Shown here: positions 54,441-64,000 of the stretch, one piece after another
How the letters are laid out: each line of letters opens with the position of its first letter
Position numbering within the stretch: the stretch's first letter is position 1
Source: Eledone cirrhosa
Taxonomy: Eukaryota
Assembly: GCA_964016885.1 (NCBI GenBank)
Contig: OZ024748.1
Location: forward strand, 18,538,001-18,602,000
DNA: 64,000 bases
Direction of reading: 5' to 3'
Position numbers and translations under genes: made by a program
Notes under the pieces: generated by a model
The model's database searches: none
Seen by the model: only the letters and a program-made list of their open reading frames with translations
Told to the model about the DNA's origin: nothing

Positions 54441-54759
54441 ACGATATAATAATATATAAGGAACAAAGAATCAGTGTTGCTTCATATACATATTTATTAC
54501 ACATGTTTCATTGTCGATCAGCTCGAGGAACGATCTATTAATGATCGAACTGATTCTGGAATCGGAAGCTCCTCAGTTATGTTTTAATATGCATTCTCGC
54601 ATTAGGCACACACTTGTGCATACTTAATTGTTGGTTATAAAAGCTACGTCGTTCTTTTACTCATGCCATTGTTTCGTTCGTTCTTGTTTTTAAACAAACC
54701 AACAAAACTATATATATATATATGCATAGGTTATACTTAATTTGTTGGGATTCAACAAA

Positions 54760-55361
54760 TATATATAAACAAATATATATATATATATATATAAACAAAT
54801 ATATATATATATATATATAAACAAATATATATATATATATATATAAACAAATATATATATATATATATATAAACAAATATATATATATATATATATATAA
54901 ACAAATATATATATATATATATATATAAACAAATATATATATATATATATATATAAACAAATATATATATATATATATATAAACAAATATATATATATAT
55001 ATATATAAACAAATATATATATATATATATATAAACAAATATATATATATATATATATATAAACAAATATATATATATATATATATATAAACAAATATAT
55101 ATATATATATATATAAACAAATATATATATATATATATATAAACAAATATATATATATATATATATAAACAAATATATATATATATATATATAAACAAAT
55201 ATATATATATATATATATAAACAAATATATATATATATATATATAAACAAATATATATATATATATATATAAACAAATATATATATATATATATATAAAC
55301 AAATATATATATATATATATATAAACAAATATATATATATATATATAAACAAATATATATA

Positions 55362-55450
<89 letters not shown>

Positions 55451-55545
55451 AAATATATATATATAAACAAATATATATATATATATATATATATAAACAA
55501 ATATATATATATATATATATATATAAACAAACAATATATATAAAC
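54760..55545. repeat. (AT)n array punctuated by AAACAA every ~26-28 bp
   Basis: Period 26 (54793, 54819, 54845); about 28 units. Confidence 0.95.
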
Positions 55546-56039
55546 AAACCAACAAGCTTTAAAAGAAAAAATCATCATCACCACTCATCATCATTGACAC
55601 TAACCTATATTATGATAATAATCATTAGCGGTGTGCAACATCCAACATTATTTTGATCTTTGCCTTTCATCCTTACGAGGTCAATAAAATAAATTACCAG
55701 TAATACACTGATTTAATTGCCGGCCTTGTGCCAAAAAGTAGAAACAATTATTTTGATCAGAAGAAATTAACTTATCTAAATTCTAGGTAAGCTTAGCTTT
55801 TCTTTTCCTTTTTACTTCTAAATATCCTCTTTCTCACTTTTTTCTTATTTTGTAAAAGAATAAAATTAGATTAAAATAAAATCACTCGAAATCTTCTATT
55901 TAGTAATTTTGTGATCTCATCCAACCCACTTTAACTTTATTATATTATATATATATGAGATCACACTGATGGTAAAAACTATGCACATATTTAATATAAT
56001 GTAGTTAATCACTACCATTTCAAAATATTTCAATATATA

Positions 56040-56079
<40 letters not shown>

Positions 56080-56139
56080 GTGAGGTTTCTTTTACAAAAT
56101 GAAAAATAACCGAGGTGTCCTACACGAGTGAAAGTATAA

Positions 56140-56353
56140 AGAAAAAAAGATGAAATCGAAAATGCAACTGGAGTCTTATTTTTTTTTTTTAAATATTTAT
56201 ATTTATTTATGTGAGAAAAACCACAGACCCTCCATCTCAACTCTACTTTTGAAAAGCAGAAGAACTGCGAAACCGGTAAAGGAACCAAATAAATATATAT
56301 ATTTAAAAAAAAAATAAGACTCCAGTTGCATTTTCGATTTCATCTTTTTTTCT
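56140..56353 (+). ncRNA. Minimal type-I hammerhead motif (56246-56281) inside a ~68-bp inverted repeat
   Basis: ctt-TTGAAAA-gcag-aagaa-ctgc-GAAA-CCGG-TA-aag; arms 56140-56208 and 56287-56353 are near-perfect reverse complements. Confidence 0.65.
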
Positions 56354-56901
56354 ATATATATATATAACAGCATTCAATGTGTATACACATATAGCGTGTG
56401 TATATATATATAAACACACACACACAATACGTGCCTTTATAACACACAGATACACATACATTCACAAATACCATATAGGTATTCATAACACACAAGAGAC
56501 ACCATCTAATAAGGTGCACTCTCTCTATTGCATGATATGCACCTCACAATGCATTTTGAGTTTCGGCTTACTGTACACTTTCACTACACGCACATAATAA
56601 ATATATTATATATGTAATATATGTTCATATAAACACACCTTAATCTATAGTTTATACATCACAGAAATAGACGTGGATGGATGTTTAATACATGAACACA
56701 TGCACGCTCTATATATTTATAATACATATATATTTATATACACTTTATATGTATCTATATTTTACACATTTATAACGTACATACATAGATGAACACACGC
56801 ACACATTGTGTTTATAATACGCTTATACTACACACTCACATTTATATATACATGAACATACATACACATACGTTTATTATATACTCTTACACAACACCTA
56901 T

Positions 56902-56992
56902 GTGTTTATAATTGTTTCTACTTTAGGCACAAGGCCAGCAAATTACTCAGTGCATTACTGGTACTTTATTTTATCGACCCCGTGTTTATAAT
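56902..56992 (-). mobile_element. Severely 5'-truncated family A SINE with an 11-bp TSD
   Basis: gtgtttataat at 56902-56912 and 56982-56992. Confidence 0.88.
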
Positions 56993-58113
56993 ACTCTTAC
57001 ACAATACACACATGCAACAGCTTTTGTCTTCGTTCATCGAATGAAAAATGTTGGAACCGCACTTACACATAATACCACTTTCTATGTATTTACCACACAC
57101 ACTGACGTACGTATTCTCGTCACTTTAGTTCCTGTAATTAAATAAACCAACTCGCACACAGATCGATTTTGGAAATCTGTTGAAAACAAATCAATTGACA
57201 ATCATTCCCATATAATTCGTTAAGTATCAACAACTTTATATATATATTTATTTATATTTCATTATAATTATTATTTTACCGAATTTAAAATGTTATAAGT
57301 AGTTGTGGCAGTATAAGTTGCGTGAGGTGGTTGTGTGCTGTCAGGGATTCCACAGTGTTTAAAGGGGCACCAATATAAGGGCCTTCGAAAAAAATTTCAA
57401 CCAGGAACCCCATAACCAGCTTACTCTGATCCTAGTTATGGGGACAGGAAGTATGAGAGGTGACTGATTGACAAACTTCAATAAGACCCACAACGAATTT
57501 AACGTAAAAAAATCCACTAAAAATAAGGCCAGCAATTTGAAGGGAAGGGGAGAGTCGATTAAATCGACCCCGTAAGGATGAAAGGTAAAGCTATAAGACC
57601 AAGTGATATTTGTGTGTGTGTGTGGGGGGGGGGGGGGGGATAATAATATTATATGATATGAAATACGATAATAACCTGAGAGTCATTGTCAGAAAATTAG
57701 CCTAATAACTTCTTTGGTTCCTTTTACTCCTTTTGGAACATTGGATGACAAGAGGTCTCTCTCAATACAGTAGGTTTGCTAAATCTGTTATGGGACTGAT
57801 CCCAGACTAGGGCCCATATCTGCCAGATGTTCCCTTCACAGACCCCCTGTCATGTGACTGCTCACAGTTTACTGGGTTCATTTTATCATGGCACCAATTG
57901 ATGTCTTTAAATATATGGCTTTGGTTTAATCTTGATCTATTTACATTCCATTTAAGGCAATTGGTATACTATCATCATCATCTCTCTGTGTTGGCAGTCG
58001 CTCATAATTAAATATGACTTTGTAGCAGAAAAGATTTTTATTTTGATAAAATATGTACCAGACTTAAAAATTAGTATTTGGGTTTGATCTGATTAATAAA
58101 ATACTTTTTACAG

Positions 58114-58145
<32 letters not shown>

Positions 58146-58149
<4 letters not shown>

Positions 58150-58536
58150 GCTAGCATGGAAAACCAGACATAAAATGTTGATGAGCTCCAGTTTCCATTT
58201 ACCAAATTTTACTTACAACAAGGCACTGGTTAATTGGTTAACATGAAGCTATAGAAGACACTTGCTCAAGATACTATCATCATCATCATTTTATGTTCAT
58301 TTTCTCACGCTAGCATGGGTTAGACACACACACATATAAATATATGCTAGCGTGGAAAACCAGACATAAAATGATGATGAGCTCTAATGGGTCTCTGCAC
58401 AGTTTCCATTTACCAAATTTTACTTACAAGGCACTGATTAATTGGCTAACGTGAAGCTATAGTAGAAGACACTTGCTCCAGTTACTATCATCATCATCAT
58501 TTTATGACCATTTTTCTACGCTAGCATGGGTTAGAC
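58146..58536. repeat. ~195-bp tandem duplication containing opposed RTE-type tails
   Basis: gctagcrtggaaaaccagacataaaatg...catcattttatg...cgctagcatgggttagac occurs twice. Confidence 0.8.
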
Positions 58537-59436
58537 GAATTGTCCTGTTGTGGGCAATGCTAGGTCAGGTGATACAGAACTGATTTTGGCTTGGTTTCCG
58601 TAGCTGGATGCCCTTCCTAACGCCAACCTCATTTACAGTGAGTACTGGGTGCTTTTTGTCGTGACACTTACACGACCACTTTATCATGTGGGAGTGTGGG
58701 GTGGGGCATACTGTATATGCCCCATGCCCCACCCCACCGTCTAACTGTAAATTGGTCATGTAGGCATCGCGACAAAATGCACCCAGCTCACACTGTAAAG
58801 TGTTTGTGTACCATATAGGTAATTATGCAAATGGTAACATTGCAACTGCAAACCTCATTACTATTCCCCAGGCAAATATCTAGAGATGGGTTGAGAAAAG
58901 AAAAAATGTCAAACCCTTAGACTTCAAAAGATCTCTCGGTGTGGTGAAGGAATTTGTTTCCCAACCATGTGGAACTTTGGGCTAGTGTCTTCTATAGCTT
59001 TGGTAGATGGTGTCAGAGAGTAATAGAATAAAGAATATGAGTGTATCATTAGAAACTAATGTTTACTCCATCACTACTCTGAGTTTCTGGCAAGCTATCT
59101 ATACATTGGTTCAGACGATGCAATTATAAGTCCCATCATCAGCAGCATTGTCATCATCATTGTTCTCAACATCATCTGTTTTCAATAAATAATCTCTACA
59201 GGTTCTGTATATTTTTCTTCATTTGTTCACGTGAACACACACTGATATACATACATATCACATAGAAATAACTAAGGTATAATATCAAACAAGTGTATAC
59301 ATACATATATATGATCTTGCGTGTGCGCAGGTGAAACTCCAGACTAACAAGGCTCACTACTTAGCCATATATATATATTATATTGAGTTCTTCATGCAGA
59401 CTGGACCCCACAACTTACCGTGAATATCTCTGTATG

Positions 59437-59477
<41 letters not shown>

Positions 59478-59695
59478 ATCCTGACCGCGGCGCCAAGCGG
59501 TTTCGGCTTGTATATATATACGCATACACCTATATGAAAATAGATCTATCAAACAGAAATAACTAAGGTCTAAATTCAAACAATATCATACACACACATC
59601 AAAACAAACCCAACGAAGGCTGCGGTCTAAAATAAACTGGCCCACAATCAAAAGAAAAATCACATTAAAAGTATGAATCTAAAAAGTATATATAT

Positions 59696-59778
59696 ATACA
59701 TGGTGTCCCCAAAAGATGTATACACAGTTTGATTAGAATTCTGTTGAAGTGTGTATGCATTTTGGGGGACACCCTGTA
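59696..59778. mobile_element. Tc1/mariner-like micro-MITE in (TA)n
   Basis: TA-CATGGTGTCCCCAAAA...TTTTGGGGACACCCTG-TA; only the left half is present in copy 1 (about 47365-47405). Confidence 0.75.
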
Positions 59779-59947
59779 TATAATATATTTTTTGTATATA
59801 CAGACAGATCTGACATACAAATCTGCCATTTACCTGTCTATATTTACAAAGTTCTATCAAAGCCCAAAATATAAATACGTTTTACGATACACAATTGGCT
59901 GTTGAAGGTTTTTCTCTTGGAATTTAAAAAAAAAAAAAATTGATATA

Positions 59948-60092
59948 CAGGTAAAATTCTATTATAACGTATTTTTTAGTATAACGAAATTTTTTTAATC
60001 ACCAGCCACACGGTCGATATTGTTATGAAGAATTTTTCGTTACAACGAATTTTTTTATACCCCGTGAACTTCGTTATAACAAAATTTCACTG
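59948..60092. mobile_element. Tigger/pogo-like MITE, private to duplication copy 2
   Basis: CAGGTAAAATTCTATTATAACG...CGTTATAACAAAATTTCACTG. Confidence 0.75.
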
Positions 60093-60870
60093 AATATATA
60101 CTTACACGATCGATTTTACGAACTAATTATGGGAGTCCGAAGTAGCCCCCAGGGTATTTTTAATGTTATTAATGTAAAAAACAAAACAAACTTTCATACA
60201 ATATACATTGGTGGACAGTATTAAAATAATGAATATGCAATAATGTTTTTTTGTATCTCGACAGTGTAGTTTGCTGTGATCGTTGTGGTAGTATAATATT
60301 GTTTTATTATTAATTATTATTACCATTATATCTATTTTGTTTTCTGTAAGCACCCCACCCCCGGGTACCTGTTCTTTGTATTGTCACCTATATGTCGGCC
60401 CTTGTAGCCAATAAAGAAATAATTATCATTATCATTTAGTGCGTTAAATCCAAAATCCGTTAAAAACGAGGTCCGTTCAAAGGAAGAAGATTCGGGGTAT
60501 TAGGGTATTTAATATTTTCATCCCTCCGGGGCCAAACTCTCTCTCTATCTATATATACACACACAAGTACTGGTTAAACAGTGAAATAGATTAATCAATT
60601 ATACTCGATCCTAGAAGTTATATATGGTCTTGCGCCAATGTCAGAAAATATTTATATTCAATATAATATCTATCTAAATGCATAAATCAATCATTATTTA
60701 TAAGCCGCTCTATACTATATACAGGTCATTTTATGATATATATAAATATATACATACACAAACACCCTCCAGATATATATATATATATACACACACACAC
60801 AGAAACATACGATATATATATACATCCCCCTCTCTCTCTCTCTCTCTATATATATATACAAATATACGCA

Positions 60871-60906
<36 letters not shown>

Positions 60907-61279
60907 GTACACAAACATACTATTTATATATATATACACAAACAGACACCGTCTCTCACTCATATGTATATATATATAATTATATACATGCATACACACC
61001 CACGATTCTATAATTGTGCCTATAAATTGCTATAATTGAAGACGCAGATATACAATACAAGATATTAAAATATATTTAGAGAAACACTACCAGTTGCTTT
61101 ACATAGTAGAATAATGTCAATCGAATGTTACCTAATATTATTCGGTTTGAATAACAAAAAACAACAAAAGAGATCGATAAATTAAGTACCCGACTTGAAA
61201 AAATATGTACTGGAGTCGATATGGTTAATTAAAATCAAGGTGGTGCCCTAGCATGACCGCAATCAAATAATAATAGGAA

Positions 61280-61327
<48 letters not shown>

Positions 61328-64000
61328 ATATTATACGCACTCTTATGAATGACTGTTTATATCTGTGTGCGTGAATGTATATATGATATGGTACATATAT
61401 GTGTGTGAAATATATGTCATGTTTAATACAGAAATGGCTCCTACAGGACTAGAGCTGTTTTATCGATAATGTGAATTATATGATCGAATATAAAGCGAGT
61501 ACAAGAGAACTTAGTGAAGTTTGTGGCACATTTGACCAAGTGAAGGTCAGAGAGGAAGAGAGACTGAGTGTGGTGAAGGAAGTGAAAGAAATAGTTAGTG
61601 GTAAGGGTGGAGGCGGTGGTGATGGGTAGATTTAGAAGTAGACAGAGGATACAAAATAAATAGGGAGATAGATGGGTAAGATAAGGGGGCTGGGATTAAA
61701 TTAATTGAAGTATAGAGAAAATAAGACCAGGACGAGATTACTGTGCGTGTATAAATCTTATATATATATATATATACACACACACAGCTCTGAAGTGAAA
61801 TATACAGCGATCATCGATATACGTAGAACACACAATATTGTGAAATAGACACATCTCGACCCATTGAAATTGAAATCGCAATATATTCGGGTTTGAGCAG
61901 ATACTCTCTCTCATATATATGAGAGAGAGAGAGAATCTATATTTTATGGAGAGGGGGGGGGGGTAAGCAGACGAATAGAATTAATTCATCCTGTAATATT
62001 TAGAAAGAAAAAAATATAAATATAAAAAGAAGAAAATGTATTGGTTGTGATGAAGAAGACTAAGAAATAATATAAACAGACCGATAGACAGACTAACAAA
62101 AGACAGAACGTTATATATATATATATATATATATATAGTGACCAAGGGAATGGTCCCCCAGAAAATATTAAACGACGGACGGTTTGTAGTTTGTAGTTTG
62201 TACGAACCGAGTGAAGCTAGCATACTAATTACAGTAGCAAATGGCAGCTACCAAAATAGTCATATCTGCAGCAAAGACACACAGACACATACACACACGA
62301 ACATAACCGAGATAGATAGAGTGGTAGATAAATAAATAAATATTGTATATAGGTATATAGATATATGTACTGTAGCTAGATAGATAGATATTAATAGGTA
62401 CATAGGGATATGTTAAATATGTACTGTAAGCTAGACAGAAACACACGGATATGGCAGAGATAGATAAATGAATGCCTTTCATCCTTACGGGGTCGATAAA
62501 ATAAAGTACCAGTAATGCACTGAGTAATTGCTGGCCTTGTGTCAAAAATAGAAACAATGAGATTTTGATACATAGATGACAGTTAAATATGTACTGTAGA
62601 TATATAGCTAGATAAAAAGACATACAGCAGATATATGTGTAAATAGGTAGATAGACACACCAGCCAAATATATAGCTTAAATAGATGTCTAAATAGGCGC
62701 ACACGATAGATATGTATAATTAACACAATGAAAAAAAAAAGCTAGGTAGGTAGGTAGGTAGGCAGGTGTTTTAATGCGATTAGTAAGTAAAAAGTCGGAA
62801 GATTTGGTCAAAAATCCATCAGAATGCTCAGTTACAATGTACATATATATATATATATAAAATATATACTTATATATAGTCTGATCATATAAATAAGAAT
62901 CGGAGTAAGTGAAAAATACGAGGGTAGGAGAGGAAAAACAGTTGGACTATGTATGGTGGTGGTGTTGATAGTAGTGGTGGTTGTGATAGTAGTTGTGGTA
63001 TTGAAGGTGGTGGTGGTGGTTGATATAGTAGAGGCTGTGGGTAAATGGTGATGGTAGTAGTGGTGTGTTGTTATTGATGATGCTGATAGAGGAGGTAGCT
63101 GTATTGATAATTATATTAGCGGTTATAGTGTGGTGGTGGTAGTGGTGATGGTTTTAGTGACAGTAGTAGTGGTGATGGTTTTAGTGGCAGTAGTAGTGGT
63201 GATGGTTTTAGTGGCAGTAGTAGTGGGGGTATAATCATTTGGTTCATAGAGGGTTGGCTGTACATTTTTTTTTTCAACTTAAACCCTAAGACATCATCAT
63301 TATCATCTTTGAAAAATAAAAAATAATTACAATGATTATCATTACCACCACCACCACCACTATTACAACTCAGATGCCGCAGCGCAGTGGTTAAATTCTC
63401 GGTGATCCGAGTGAGATTCACAAACACGGTTTCGCTTTCAAGTACACTTCATTCCATTCCACTTCACTTCTAAGAAATGCAAATTCCATCCCCTTATAAA
63501 AAATATTTCTCAGGCACCACGACCCTATAACAAACAACCGCCCCCCCCCCCCCCCCATTCCGTTTCATCATATCTCCGCGGTGGGGAACTCACATACATC
63601 AACACCAGACACGATTTAATCGACTACTAATACACCATCAGTAGTAATAATAATAACGATTTCTACTATAGGCACAGGCCCAGCAATTTTGGGAGAGGGG
63701 AAATTCGACTAAATCGACCCCAGTGCGTTAATTCGTAGCCATTATTATTAGTGTTTTAAAAGGATTATTATTTTAAAATGATACAAATTGAAGTGACAAA
63801 CTACATGGGAGAGAAAGAGGGGATAAATATTACAATGGGAAGGGGGGGGGGGGGGTGACGGAAGGATACACAACAAAATTTAAAGGGCAATCACAAGAGT
63901 ATATTACATATGTATATATATATATCTTTATTTTTATTCTTCTTATGACAGCTGAATGAGTTGGGGTACAGAACCCAACGAAACGTAAGCACCTGTTTAT

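Larger units (their letters stand above)
59295..63910 (+). repeat. Segmental duplication, copy 2
   Basis: See copy 1; differs by private TE insertions and microsatellite lengths. Confidence 0.93.

Noticed and set aside
54661-55584. YI-rich ORFs (also at 41776-42347 and 14141-14467, and the ER/LS ORFs at 26112-26412)
   Set aside because: Microsatellite translation artefacts

Overview
AT-rich, microsatellite-saturated eukaryotic (animal) genomic DNA. The SINE, RTE-LINE and (TA)n/(GA)n/(CA)n landscape resembles coleoid cephalopod (Octopus-like) genomes; this taxon call is an inference. No intact protein-coding gene can be called: the long ORFs are artefacts of tandem repeats. The window holds at least three SINE families, decayed RTE and CRE-like (RLE) non-LTR fragments, piggyBac-, hAT-, mariner- and Tigger-like MITEs with visible target-site duplications (TSDs), about 10 minisatellites (largest: 49-bp unit, about 3.2 kb), and a ~4.6 kb dispersed direct duplication (about 47.0-51.6 kb vs 59.3-63.9 kb). 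There are also a promoter-like first-exon candidate at about 53.3 kb (minus strand) and a few weak exon candidates. The most notable signal is a set of minimal type-I hammerhead-ribozyme motifs of the Penelope-like kind, mostly in or beside (TA)n tracts. Two are enclosed in long inverted repeats (19964-20071 and 56140-56353), and the latter has a compensatory U3-A8 core variant. A ~240 nt foldback hairpin lies at 19620-19858. All calls were made by eye; no database searches or folding computations were run.
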